NCBI GenBank assembly: GCA_951406725.2
Contig: OX597829.1
Span: forward strand, 55,490,001-55,554,000
Direction of reading: 5' to 3'
DNA: 64,000 bases
Source: Octopus vulgaris
Lineage: Eukaryota
Positions 38,359 to 51,450 of this stretch are shown in pieces; positions within the stretch are counted from its first letter, which is position 1; every line of letters begins with the position of its first letter. Under the pieces are notes generated by a model that worked only from the letters and a program-made list of their open reading frames with translations, searched no databases and was not told the DNA's origin. The translations under genes were made by a program, and so were the position numbers.

Positions 38359-38809
38359 AGAGAGTATATATATATATAACCATGTATATATATATTGTAG
38401 ACGAAATTTAATTCAGTCAGTGAAGACATTGAGCTGAAGCAAAGAGTTTCCTTGCTTGATGATGCATCAATCTCATTCGTCAATCATTTTGAATCCGAAA
38501 TATCTTTATATGTTTGAGTTTACACAAAGAGCACAAAGAGTATAGAACACTCTGTGCTGAAACAGATATATGTATACACACACACACATATATATGTATA
38601 CATATATGTATACACACATATATGTATACACACACACACATATATATATATACATACATGCATGCATACTTGCATTATCTTCTACCATTTACATATGTAC
38701 ATGCATGCATACATGCATACAAGCACATACGTGTGTACACACTCTGGGGTGGTATCCAGTTTATATACAATATGAAGTAATAAGTACAGAATAATATAAA
38801 GTGGGTAGA

Positions 38810-39212
38810 TGTTTGACCCTTTCATTACAGTATTTCTGTTGAGATGCTCTGTGTTTCTTTCAATTAATTTTAAGTTTAACAACGAATTTAGTAAAATAAC
38901 TTAGTTATCATTAAGCTAGTGTTAGGAACATAAAATGTGACTAAGGTTTGGTGGAAGATTCTAATTCAAAACTTATGAAAATAAGACATTTGTACTCAGA
39001 GCCAGAGCCAGTTTCAGCCAGGTTGGTATCAAATGGGTTAAATATAACAAAGAGTTTAGTAAAATAACTTAGTTATCACTAAGTTGGTTTAAGGAACATA
39101 AATTGTGACTAAGGTTTGGTGGAAGATTTTAATTAAAAACTTATGAAATCAAGACATTTGTACTCAGAGAGCCAGAGCTGGTTTCAGCCGGGTTCGTAAT
39201 AAAAGGGTTAAT
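38810..39212. mobile_element. TTAA-type MITE with tandem duplication of about 170 bp
   Basis: tttagtaaaataacttagttatca...gtttcagcc.ggtt.gta...aa.gggttaa occurs twice (about 38880-39041 and about 39047-39211). Confidence 0.7.
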
Positions 39213-39917
39213 GAACAGGATTTGTTCCCCAATTATCAACTTGCCTCTGTCACATTTGTTGTGCTGTTCTATAAAGCCATGTAGAAAATAGTTGGATTAT
39301 AATTGCTATTTAAGTCTACGTTTCTGGAGAAAAGCTTCGTTGCAAGTAACTTTGCAACACTATATCTATAATGCTGAATGTGGTTATGGACAAAGAGAAA
39401 CAATAGCCAGAAGTGAAAAGGAATGCCACAAGGTACCAAGCGTAATAGAAAGGAAACCCAGTTTGAAATAAGTCCACAATGTAAGTCGTCGTTGTGTTGG
39501 CTTTTGTGGCAGGGTTTAAGTTCAATCCCCAGAAGAAGAAGCAATGGAAAAAAACAACAGGAGGACATCTAAGATTTTTTGACCTGGGTGGACCTGATTT
39601 CCTTAGAGTGTCAGAAGTACTGCTAACAAGTCGAAGCACCTGTTTGATGGGAGTTCTTCCTCTGAAGGTTTCCCCATCCTGCTTGCTCACCCTGTAGTGA
39701 AGTTTCCACTCACCCCAGTTTTCATTATTCTTCGTTATTGTTTCAGATAAGAGAAACATTGTATCCCAAATTCTTAACTAAGATTTCAACGACAACATTG
39801 ATTTCATTTCCTTTGTATGACAAAAATTTAATCTTCAGGAAAGTAATGCAAGGAACTGAATGCCTGATTTTGATTGAGTTAGACAAATTCTTCAAAAGCC
39901 ATTACTCCTGCTGATTA

Positions 39918-40151
39918 CAGTAATCCCTCGACTATCACGGGAGATACGTTTCAAAGCCCCCACCCCCCGCCCCCCACGGCGATAGGTGAAAATCCGCGTA
40001 GTAGAAACAGTACTGTATATATTTTTTTATTATTTTTATAATTTGTGAATATTTTAAAAATTATAGATGCAAAACAACACCAAAGAGGAATCGACGTAAG
40101 CGTAAATAATAGACTGCGATAGGCGAACCGCAATATGGCGGGGGAATGCTG
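39918..40151. mobile_element. pogo/Tigger-type MITE
   Basis: TA|cagtaatccctcgactatcacgg ... ccgcaatatggcgggggaatgctg|TA. Imperfect TIRs, TA TSD, CpG-rich. Confidence 0.8.
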
Positions 40152-40664
40152 TAAACAGTTCGATCCAAGGGAGGTAATTTAAGTTATATCAGGGCAGTTT
40201 TAGAATCAGAGTTATTTCAAATTTATGAAGAATTTTGGCATTTACTGAATGGGACATTTTAGAGTTGCATCGCCAACAGAGCTGAATCTTTGCCGTTGTC
40301 CACTGCAGTTGTTTCTGGAGTGGAGTTTTAGTGATGGCCACTCACCGTGTGAGTCCGTACAACATGATGCTGTTAGGAAAACAATGTACATCCATCATAG
40401 GGTGAAGTGTATGATTAAGAAGTTTGCTTCAGAAACCATGAGATCCCAGATCGAATCCCATTGCAGGACATTTTGGACAGATGTTTTGCCCAAGACTTAA
40501 GAATGGAAACTTGGAAGATGGAATCTGTTCAAAAGCCCACTGAATGGAAAGTACTTCCAATTGAAAAGTCCGTCCTTGTCACTGTTACACTTAACCTGCC
40601 AGAGAATCACACAAAGGTGTACCTGCATCTGGAATACTCAGCCAGGTCACACATTAATCTAGAT

Positions 40665-41004
40665 CAGTGGTTCTCAACTGGGTCCACATAAGATTTTGAG
40701 TGGGTTCCATGCAAGCAAAGTAGCAAATTGGGGATCTACAATAATATTTTAAGGGCCCTGAACAAATTTCACTTTAGATGTATGTATTGGTATTTTTTTT
40801 TTTTTTTGCAAGAAACAACTAAGTTTCTTCCTTTAACATTTTCCAGGGTTCCATCTACACTAGTGAATGTGTGAAAAACAAAATGGGAATTTTGAAAGAA
40901 GTTTCTATAAAACTAGTTTTTAAACATGGAATGGCTATGAGGGTCCACCAGAATAAAATAGTAATCAAAGGGGTCCAGAGATGAAAAATGGTTGGGAAGC
41001 CCTG
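40665..41004. mobile_element. hAT (Charlie-like) MITE
   Basis: cagtggttctcaac ... gttgggaagccctg. Flanks atctagat and ctttagat (NTCTAGAN-type target). Confidence 0.8.
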
Positions 41005-42899
41005 CTTTAGATGGTCATAAAGGAAAATTCACAGGAAATCCTATTATATACTTATACACATATACATTAATACATTTGTTAAAAAGGAAAAAAAAAACCT
41101 GACAAAGTTCTTTCCTAAGTCATTTACACTTATAAAGTTGGTTTCCTAGATTCTGGGGATTTAAATATTCCCCAAATGAATGGCATTCTGGTACAATACA
41201 TTGTTACTCATTTTTAACGGCTGAGTAACGTGAAATGAAGTGTCTTGTTCAAGGGCACAGTGCATTGCCTTGTCTGGGAATTGAAACCATGGTTTTACAA
41301 TCATGAGTCCAGCACCCTAACCACATATCCACATGCCTCCACTTAATACAAACATGCTCATAAACACGCATGCATGCATGCATTCATATATACGCATACA
41401 AATAGCTATATCTATTTGTCTGTCTATATATATATTTGTTCATACAAAATTCATTCATTCATGTATGTATATATATATATACAAACATAATTCTACACAC
41501 ATATACACATATACATAATAAGTGAGACATTGTTTCTTGGACCAGAATACAAATATTTCATTAAAAATTAGTGAGTAAAACAAGATTTATAGTCAACCAT
41601 TTCAAAATTTACTTAGATTTCTATTGGTTGTAATCGGTGGAGCACTTGGTTTTATTGCCAACTGCGCAAGTGTTTGATGGTTGTCTCTTGTTGTCCTAGA
41701 AAGATGGTTCTGCAATTCCTTGCTAAATGACCTGCAAAAATGATTCGTTTATAGTGATCAAATGTATTTGCTGTACATTAAGCTCATTTCCACCATCAAA
41801 TCTGACATTACCTGAACAAGTGCCCAGCGCATGGTGTACCACATGTACACATGCATCAAAGTGATAGCAGAGTGAAGTGAAATGAAGTGTTTTGTTCCAG
41901 AACACAGCACATTGCCCACTTCAGGAATTGAAACCATGATCTTATGATAGAGTGTGCAACACCTGAACCACTGTCATACACCTTCACAAACTGTATAAGT
42001 AATAATCTGGTAAAGCTAACGTTTTTAGACAATGGAGAGATCCTCTAACATGTATTCTGCAAATTTAGTCTATAAACAGTGGGAATATGCAAAATTTTTT
42101 TCTAAGATTTAGTGTAGCTGCCTACTATGGTTAGCATTTAGGTTCTTGTGGTCCAACTGCAAAGTTACATCTTTCATGGAAACAATCCTTTCTTAACTGC
42201 AAGAACTCAAAGAATTAAAAACAAACAAACAAACCATACATGCATACATATTTATGCAAACACCTTACAATCATACTCACATGTATGCATGCACACACAC
42301 ACACACATTGCATGAAATAAGTTATTTCTCCATGCATTGAAAAAAGATGATATATAATTTAACTCTATAACCAGTTATATTGAGTGTTTGCAACTTTGAT
42401 ATTTGTAACTTGTTTGTGTGTGTGTATTTGTATGTGTATATTTTTCCAACTGTGTACATATATATGTGTATATGAATGTACACATATAGATGAATGTATG
42501 TGTGCATGCATGTATGTATGTGTTTTTACGGCTATATGCACCTTTGTTCTAACAACACCGGAAGCAAATGAAGATTTGATATTTCATCTACTTACATCTT
42601 CAATTAAGAAACGTTTGCATGGCTGAAAGCATGTCTACGACAGATGCATGGCAGCAAATGGAAAGTTATACTTTCAATGGAGAAAAGCTATGGCGCTGTT
42701 GCTTAGGTTTGTTATCTGTTTGCATGGCGATCTTCTCTGATGATGATGAATGAAGAATACTCAATATAAAACAGATATGGAGAGGATGGATGGGAAGTTT
42801 GGATGTAGAAACGTTAGGGAGGCATGGATTGTTGGTGTTGCAGTTGTTTAATTTCAACAAGCTGTATTTTGAATATCGAATGCAATGTTTAGATTCTGA

Positions 42900-43980
42900 A
42901 CCCCCAATGGGCCATGCCTCTGTCTGCTATGCAAACCATGATGAAGTCTCTGGTATACATTCGTTGGTTACATCTTGTGTTCATAGTCTTGTCCTGCTCT
43001 ATTTTTTAAATGCAATCTGGTTATCTGTGCTTGATGGACATAGTTTAGTGTTGAGATATGATGATGATAATAATAATAATAATAGTGAATAATGATAGTG
43101 AAATTATTGTGTATAGTGCTCAGGCGCATTACAGCTCATTAAAGGTGTATGTACAGAACATAGAATTATGTAGAAAAGTCAGGAAAGTGAACAGTGTATG
43201 AGTCATGATAGACATGTGTGCATGTGTATGGAAGGGGAAGGGGATGTCAGGTGTAGTGTTGGTGAATTTCAGGGAACATGGAGGTTTTAAAGGTTTTAAT
43301 AATCTTGAAGTCTTGGTTCTTGACTGCTGTGGAAATGTGTGTGTTTGTATGAAGAAGATAATTGCAAAAGAGATCAGCATATATTTATTAGCCTAATGAG
43401 AAACTGTAGTTTATAGATGGACTGAGGATTAAAGGGACTACTTATAATTAGTATGATTAATTTTTAGTTTGAATTTTTAATGTCTGTTAGAAAAAAAAAT
43501 TGTGAGGATAGATTTAGTTCGAGGAGATATAGTTCTAATTAGGGATGGTCAGATTAGGAAGAAAATCCATGACAAAGTAATGCTGTAAAAAATTCATGGT
43601 TTTGTGTAGCAAGAAAGGATCTAATTAATAATCCAGTTAGAGTTTTAAGTACTCAGTAAGGATATCAATTATCAATATGTAATTAAATGGAAGTAGAATT
43701 AACTGTAAGGTAGGTGGGTAGGGCGTAGGGTTAGGTGTGATCAGAATTAGAAGTTGAACTGCAAATATTTTGATTCAGAAATAATTTTAAAAGAGAAACT
43801 TTTAAAGAAATGGGCCTGAAATTTTAAATTATTTAATTTGTTATTAAAGGAAAGAAATTCTAGCAAATCTGTTCTTTTGTAGAGGAAGTTTATTGCCATA
43901 AGAGCAGAGTCAAAGACATAATATATGGAAACGGTAGCAGTTAGTTTTGGTGAAGGAAAGACTAAAATCCTAAACACAGC
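42900..43980 (-). mobile_element. Very old Penelope-like RT remnant (tentative)
   Basis: Minus LTATVSIYYVFDSALMAINFL...LLEFLSFNN is weakly reminiscent of the PLE RT L.T.DV.SLYT.IP....L.AI..FL...LLEF.L.NN region. Confidence 0.3.
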
Positions 43981-45000
43981 AAGGCATCGTAATTGTCAGT
44001 TAAACCTTTTGATGCTATATTTTTGTTTTTAAATACACTCTTTGTATTTTGATTAATTAATTAAAATCACAATGGTACAGGAAAATAACTTTGTCATTAT
44101 CCAGTTAGTATCTAAGGTGGCATGTTGGCAGAACCGTTAGCAAACTGGAGAAAATGCTTGGTGGCATTTTGTTCATCTCTCTATGGTTAAAGTTCCTATT
44201 CTGCCAAGTTTGACTTTGCCCTTCATCCCATTGAGATTGATAAAACAAGCACTTGTCAAGTACTGGTGTTGATGAAATCAACTAGCCCTCTTTCACAAAA
44301 TTTCACACCATGTGTCTATGGTAGAAAGAATTACTGTGCTAGCATAGTTTACATGAAATTTTAATGGGAAATTTTAAGCTAGGGGACTTTAAAATGGAAA
44401 GTCTGTACCACAGAACCAATGGTAGTTTCAGGCAGGTTGGAATCAAATGAACTAAAGAGCAGATTTTATGAAAGATATCCAATGCTTCAATGTTGATTCT
44501 TTATTAACATATTTAAATAAATATCTACAGTTTCACATGAATGAATTTACGTGCATGGCTACACGCAGCTTATTCCTGTCACTGGCAAACATAACTTTCT
44601 TCTCTGAGCTGCTCAATTCACAATCACTATATTCATTTCGTTCACCTTTTCTCTTGGACACAGCTCCATCTGGAACCAATTTAATGGCACTCATTACATG
44701 AAATAACCACATTTCTTGCGAAAATATCACAGACATTATTCTCCGTAATATTAACTTGGATTTTGAGTTTCTTGGATGGTTTTTATGATTCAAACTTTTG
44801 CTTACTGCAATGCAATGCATGGCAAGAATTAAGTCTATTTTCGATTATGAAATTATATTGATGTAGATACATATTGCTTTATGTCTCAATGATCTCAATG
44901 TTATTTACAATAATCAATATATTTTCATTTGTACTCAAATACTATTTGCTGTTATTTTCTAAAATTATTTTCTTTTTCCCTATAAAACTCAGAATTGAAA

Positions 45001-45068
45001 TACACACACACACAGACATGCATATGCACACACGTGGACAAACACATACACATGGACACACACAAGTG

Positions 45069-45101
<33 letters not shown>

Positions 45102-45192
45102 GTGCACACAACACATACACACACACACACGTACACACACACATACACACACACACACGTACACACACATACACACACATGTGCACACGACA

Positions 45193-45251
<59 letters not shown>

Positions 45252-45262
45252 CCACACACACA
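45001..45262. repeat. Compound (CA)n microsatellite
   Basis: Read directly from the sequence; the source of the HT/CV ORFs. Confidence 0.9.
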
Positions 45263-45696
45263 AGTATATTTATTTACAATCCCTGGGTTGTGAGTTTCTC
45301 CCCACACACTGTGAATGAAACATTCAGCTCTTGAGTAACTTTGCAGCTTCTGCTAATTAACACTGTAAAAAAAAAAAAAAAGGTGTATACTCATGCTTTG
45401 AGATCTACATTTCCTGTTTGTCTCACCAAACCTATGGCGGCTGTCTGCTCCTTGCAGAGCTTAACCTCTTGGTGTGCCTATAATTGTTCTTCCTCAGCTT
45501 GAGATCATAAACGACTTTTGAGCCCTGAAAGTCATTTAAAGAGCTGATAACAAAACCTGCAGCAATGTCTCATTTCAGTATTGACTCCTTTTCCTGCCTG
45601 TTTTATTATGAATATTCAAAGGCCATTTCAATCATCCACATGACTTGCAGGTTTTATATATCTGTATTAATGTGTACACACACACATATGTATGTA

Positions 45697-45732
<36 letters not shown>

Positions 45733-45875
45733 CATATATATATATGATACATGTTTTGTAATTCAAATTAAAGTCAAACAATTGTAGGCAATGCTAAATA
45801 ATTAATAAATTAATTTATATGCATTGAATCTCTCTGTTTTCAAACTTATTACATATCTGTATATGTATATATATA

Positions 45876-46032
45876 CTTTATTTAAAGCAGCAGAAAATTC
45901 AACAAAACAAAACAAAATCTGTTACTCTGAGTTTCCCGTTGCCGTTCATCTAGCAAAAACTGTCCGATGAACGGCAACAGGAAACTCTGAGTAACAGGTT
46001 TTTTGAATTTTCTGCTGCTTAAAATAAAGCAT
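45876..46032. repeat. Inverted repeat (PLE-like) carrying a minimal hammerhead at 45960-45997 (+)
   Basis: aagcagcagaaaattcaa..ctgttactctgagtttcccgttgccgttcatc versus its reverse complement. Motif: ctgt CCGATGA acggcaacag GAAA ctctgag TA acag. Confidence 0.7.
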
Positions 46033-46552
46033 ATTACTCTACCACTGGTATTTGAGTACTCTTTTTTCCACCTTGTTTCACATTTATGTGTTTACTCCGG
46101 TATATATATATATATATATATATAGATACGCACACACACATATATGTATACTTATATACGTATATATACACACACACATATATATATACATCAATACATA
46201 CACAAATATATGTGTGTGTATATATATGTGTATATACACTGAGACTTAGTCCCTGCTTGCTTTGTGAGATGCATACAAAAGTAAGCTTTTTGCCATTCTG
46301 TTTGACCTATTGCAGTTTTCTCTGACCCAGTGGAACAAGCCTTCATGCAATTGTCGTTTTTTCCTGGAATGGTCAGCACTGGTTGATCTCTTTCTGGCTT
46401 CCTTCATTTGGTCTTCACATCAATGCAGTCTTTGCATACAAGGTGACCAGTAGGTGCAAAATGTGACCGTCAACAGTTGGGACTCGGGATTTATTGTGTG
46501 GAAGGATTAACTTATATCTAATATATATATATAAGTATATGTATCTATCATC

Positions 46553-46584
<32 letters not shown>

Positions 46585-46705
46585 CTGTAGAAACACTGCC
46601 AGATCTGACTGGCCTGGTGCAGCCTTCGGGCTCCCCAGACCCCAGTTGAACCGTCCAACCCATGCTAGCATGGAAAGCGGACGTTAAACGATGATGATGA
46701 TGATG

Positions 46706-46747
<42 letters not shown>

Positions 46748-46850
46748 GTCTTTCAAAGACTGACCAGCAGCAAAGATATCAACAAATTTTTTCTTCTTTC
46801 TCTATTTCTTCTTCCTTTCAGATACAAACACACACACACACACACACACA

Positions 46851-46884
<34 letters not shown>

Positions 46885-47162
46885 TTCACTTCCTCTCCAT
46901 TCCTCACCCTCTTGTACTATCATATATCTCTCTTCACCCCTACACACTCAATAAAACTGTAAAAAGTCAAAATTCCTGCAAAAGTTCAATTTGAAGACTC
47001 CACCAGAAAGGACGAAAGCGCTAATATATGATATATGATATAAGTTATATGATTTATAAAAACATGTAACATACTAATAAATATCGTTAAATATAAAACC
47101 ATCCAGATTTCTGAGTACCTCATTTCTTCTGATATATAATACCTGTACATCATCTCCAAACC

Positions 47163-47200
<38 letters not shown>

Positions 47201-48347
47201 TAAGAAAGTTGATATATATATATGTACATACATACACACACACAAAGACTCACACATGTTTACACATACTCACACACACATGTAGAAGAAACAAAATATA
47301 CAATGTATGTGGCATGTTGTAATTCCATAAGTTTTCACTTAAAATTGCATAAATATGATAACAGAATTACTTGATACTTAGTAAAATATATAATCTCTCT
47401 AAGAATCCTATTTTTTATATCAGAAATGTGTTCTGAGTATTTTTTGTATGAACCAAAATGCTTCTTATATTAACTTGATTATTATTGTAATATTTAATCT
47501 TAAGTTTGATACTTGTAAAAAATAGTTATAATTGCAATGAATTTTTTTTGTTTTGTTCTGGATGAATTTGGAACAAATTGAAATAACTTATTTCTCAGCA
47601 TGGTATGTTTTCAGGAATATATACTTGCAAGAATGTATGATATTTTTTAAGTATTTATCATCATTTAATTTCCAGCATTTTAAAATGTTTTGCTTATAAT
47701 TTAAGTAATGTATTTAAATGTTATGTTGTCAAAGTTTGTACTTATAATTTTACATTTACATTGCCAATTCTGAATTGACAAATTTAACTCTATTTCTAAA
47801 TTTCCAAATCAGATTTGTTTTATGATTTAAGTTCTTAGTAGCTTCTATATTTTCCAAATATTTCCAACAATTCATAGTTCACATCATGAATGTATCTTTC
47901 ATTGTTTTTTTTTTCCCTCTCTCAATTTTTCTTCTGCTGAAAGGAGACCCCTTGCAAACCTTCATGATTCTCTTCCTGCCTTGAATAGTAAATCACTTTT
48001 CAGATATCATTCACTAATAAATGTTATTGTGCAGTAAATAATTCAAAATTTGGTCTACAACATCCTTAAACAAGTCTTTCTACTAAATTGGAGAAAACCT
48101 CAACATCAATGAATCATTTCTAATGTAAACCTTCCAGCAAATGGATAAACTAAAATCTAATTATTTCTTTAATCTTCAGATGAAAACTGAAAGAATTCCT
48201 GGTAGAAAATATTAATTAGCATAAGTAGTAATTAGAATTACTTTACCTTGATTAACATCCTTAAGAAGGTGCCCAGAGAAATATTTAACACCAAATTTTC
48301 TCTTCTGTTAACTTTTCTTTTATCTCTGTTTTGTCTGTACATTCTAG

Positions 48348-48371
48348 CAATTTACTCTGGAGAAATACCAG
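48348..48371 (+). CDS. 24-nt microexon of the nidogen-like gene, encoding (P)IYSGEIP
   Basis: Long pyrimidine tract ...ttttgtctgtacattctag|CAATTTACTCTGGAGAAATACCAG|gtaagt. Perfect CAG|gtaagt donor, phase 1/1, open frame. Confidence 0.7.
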
Positions 48372-48623
48372 GTAAGTGGTTCAGTCAAGAATATACATTG
48401 GGCATTCCTCCATCAATTCACATCTTTCTATGAGTCTCTTCTTTACTTTTTAATCCTTCTCAAGATAAACAACCAATTTTCTTCAGCATATACAATTTTA
48501 CATTTAATTTGTATGTATACATATGTATGTGCGTGCATGTGTGTGTCTGTAAGATTGTAACTCTTTGTATGTGCATCTATACATGTCTTCATATATATAC
48601 ATATATAAATAAACACATATCTA

Positions 48624-48665
<42 letters not shown>

Positions 48666-49110
48666 CGCATGTATAGATGCATTGTGTACTTATGTGTTTG
48701 CATTTTTGCATATGTGTTGTTTATAAATTTATGAATCTATCTGTATATTTTTACAGCATTTTAAAGGTGGCCTTTCACAGCCTTTATTTTAGAATTAAGA
48801 TTATATTTTTCTTCAGCTTTATGTTATAGTATAAGGGAAGCCATTCTGAAACAGCTTATATGAATTACCTCACTTGAATTGATACATCTTATCTAATCAA
48901 TAGTAATAATGTCATTCCAAGAATTCTCTCAATTCTATACAAATTATACATCGAAATTAAATCCCTAATTTCATGAACAATTAGATGATGATGATGATGA
49001 TGATGATGATGAATTAAATCATGTATAAATAAAGGAAAAACAAAGCCATTTCTCCTCTTGTGAAGATTTTAGTATGTTTTGAAATAGAATTAAACAGCAA
49101 CAGCATTTAT

Positions 49111-49184
<74 letters not shown>

Positions 49185-49756
49185 TGTTTTAGTATAGTCC
49201 ATAACCATGAAAGATATGAAATTATGGGCAAAATGGCCCACTTTACTAAATAAAACTTCAGTCACTATAGAAATATTATAATAATTATAATCATTGGAAT
49301 TATGGAAATATAATAATTATAATCAGTAAAGTCTACTAATTAGACAATTAGTCACTATTATAGGAACAAGGGAGAAGACCTCGCTTCGATGAATTTCTTC
49401 AACCCCCCCCTCTTTCTTTTGTTGTCCTTGTTGTGAACATCCACCCAAAGCCCCAAACTAACTTCTACATTCAGGGTTTTCATGCATCTGAAATTCCTGA
49501 CCTGCCCTGGGTCTTCCTGCTGCTGTAAATTTTCAACTTTTCAATTAAGGAGGAGCAATAAAGTTGTATGAATCTCGCCAACTTTGGGGGGGGTTGGAGC
49601 ATAGCCTGTCGTCCAGATCAATCCATTATTGTTAAAAACACACTCACATATGGCGGTGCCCCAGCAAAATGGCAGTGCCCCAGCAAATGGCGGTGCCCCA
49701 GCATGGCCACAGCTCAAGAGCTGAAACTGGAAAACATAAACATAAATATGCTTCCA

Positions 49757-49823
<67 letters not shown>

Positions 49824-50199
49824 GCAGCCCAATATAAAAGTGCCAGTGCAGTGTCACATAAAAAGCATCCAGCACTCTCTCTGAAGTGGTTGGCATTAGG
49901 AAGGGCAGCTTCCAGCTGTAGAAACTATGTCAAATCAGACTGGAACTTGGTGCAGCTCCCCAGCTTTTCAGCTCTGGTCACACTGTCCAACCCATGCCAG
50001 CATGGACAATGGACATTAAATGATGATGATGATGATGATGATATGTCTAAGAATCTATGTTGGAAGAAAACAGGCACCTGTATATTTGTCAACAGAGTGG
50101 GCACATTGATATTTATACAATTACAGTGTCACAGATCCATTGTAGCTAAGATTACCAATCAGTTTTGCACATGAGAGTTTGGTGGGGGTGGGGGATAAC

Positions 50200-51450
50200 C
50201 TAATCTCAGCACATGTCAGAGGGGGCTAGTAGGAAAGGTTATTGTTATGACTTTTTGCTGTCATCAGGTTGGGTGGGGGTGGGTCATATAGTGTGTGGGT
50301 GTTGTGTGACAAACTGAAATGTAAAAAGAAAAAAGAAAAACCTGTGGGAAAAGTTCAGAGGGTAAGTTACCTTGAGTTATGTCCCTTGGACAAGAATCAG
50401 ATTGTCTTCATGGTGTAAAAGAGATAACTGCCAGCTGAATGGGATTGGAACTGTGGGTACAGAGGAGGGAGATTGGAGTGTAGTCAGTCTTGAAATCAAA
50501 ATCTTAAATTGTATATGCATGTGTGTGTTTGTATGTTATAAGCTGGGCATGGTAGATCTTGTGCTGCACTCTTGGACTGGTGATGAGAAGTACTGAGGGT
50601 GGAAGCTCTAACGTTCGGCAGACAGACTTGCAGAAATATGTGACAGAAGGTTCTTTCCGAACCAGATTTAACAAACAGTACTCCTGTAATATCCAGGAGA
50701 GGTGAAATGTTGCAGCCTTAGCTAGATATATATGGTCATTGAGAGAAAAGACTATGAATAGCAGTATCAAGTGGAAAGTAGTTGAGAGGTGTAAGCCTTA
50801 CCTCAATAGCAGTAGGAAGTGGTGCTGGCTGTGCTTGGTAGAGGAAAGAATTATACTAAAGAACTCTCTTCACTTGGTTACTGATCTAAACTGTAAAAGG
50901 AAATTTCTTCTGAAGTCACCCATATGAAAGGAAAGTTGTTTGGATACTGGCAGACTGCACCATGAATATAAATGGTGGAGTTACCACCATCAGGACTTAC
51001 TGCTGTCACAATCTGAGGAATCAGCAGAAGGTCTACCACATCCAGCTTGTTACATACACTACACACACACACATACATATACATGACCACACATGCTATT
51101 AAATTTGACACCCACATCATCCCCACTTTCTTCTCCTTTCCCTGCAATCACATCATCTCCATTCTCCCCGGACACTAACCCCAGCTTCTCTCTTCAGTCA
51201 CCCTTTATTTTGTGAAGATGCTCAGATCCTTGTTCAAGCAGCATAATGCTAATTGAATTCCCTTTTGAACTCCCTACAAACTGGATGTCAGAGTTCCTTA
51301 CTTCCAATGGAAGAGAGTTGTCACCACACTCTTCCTATCAGCCCCTCTGATGAGTATCGCGATTGAGTTTTCCTCCAAACTCTTGTGTTGCAAAACAGTT
51401 TGGTGAAATTGGCTGAAATGAATCTATAATACTGTATTTTATAAATATAT
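50200..51450 (+). mobile_element. Penelope-like element 3' remnant with inverted segment and terminal hammerhead-like motif
   Basis: LARYIWSLREK....IKWKVVERCKPY.....CWLCLVEERII matches the PLE GIY-YIG C-terminal LS.YIW.LK...I.W.I...PY....C.LC..EK..I. About 50490-50600 is inverted at about 50985-51110. CTGATGA at 51347 is followed by a long hairpin and AAAA. Confidence 0.65.

Noticed and set aside
38455-38510. TTGATGA...CCGAAATATC as another hammerhead
   Set aside because: Stems I and III cannot be formed convincingly.
44874-45318. HT/CV/YI-rich ORFs here and throughout the ORF track
   Set aside because: They are translations of (CA)n, (TA)n and (CATA)n microsatellites.
47599-47602. tttctcag|CATG|gtatgt 4-nt mini-exon
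   Set aside because: It would shift the frame and is expected by chance.
48534-48539. TGCATG (RBFOX site) downstream of the microexon
   Set aside because: TGCATG is very common in the AC/AT-rich microsatellites of this window, so it is uninformative.
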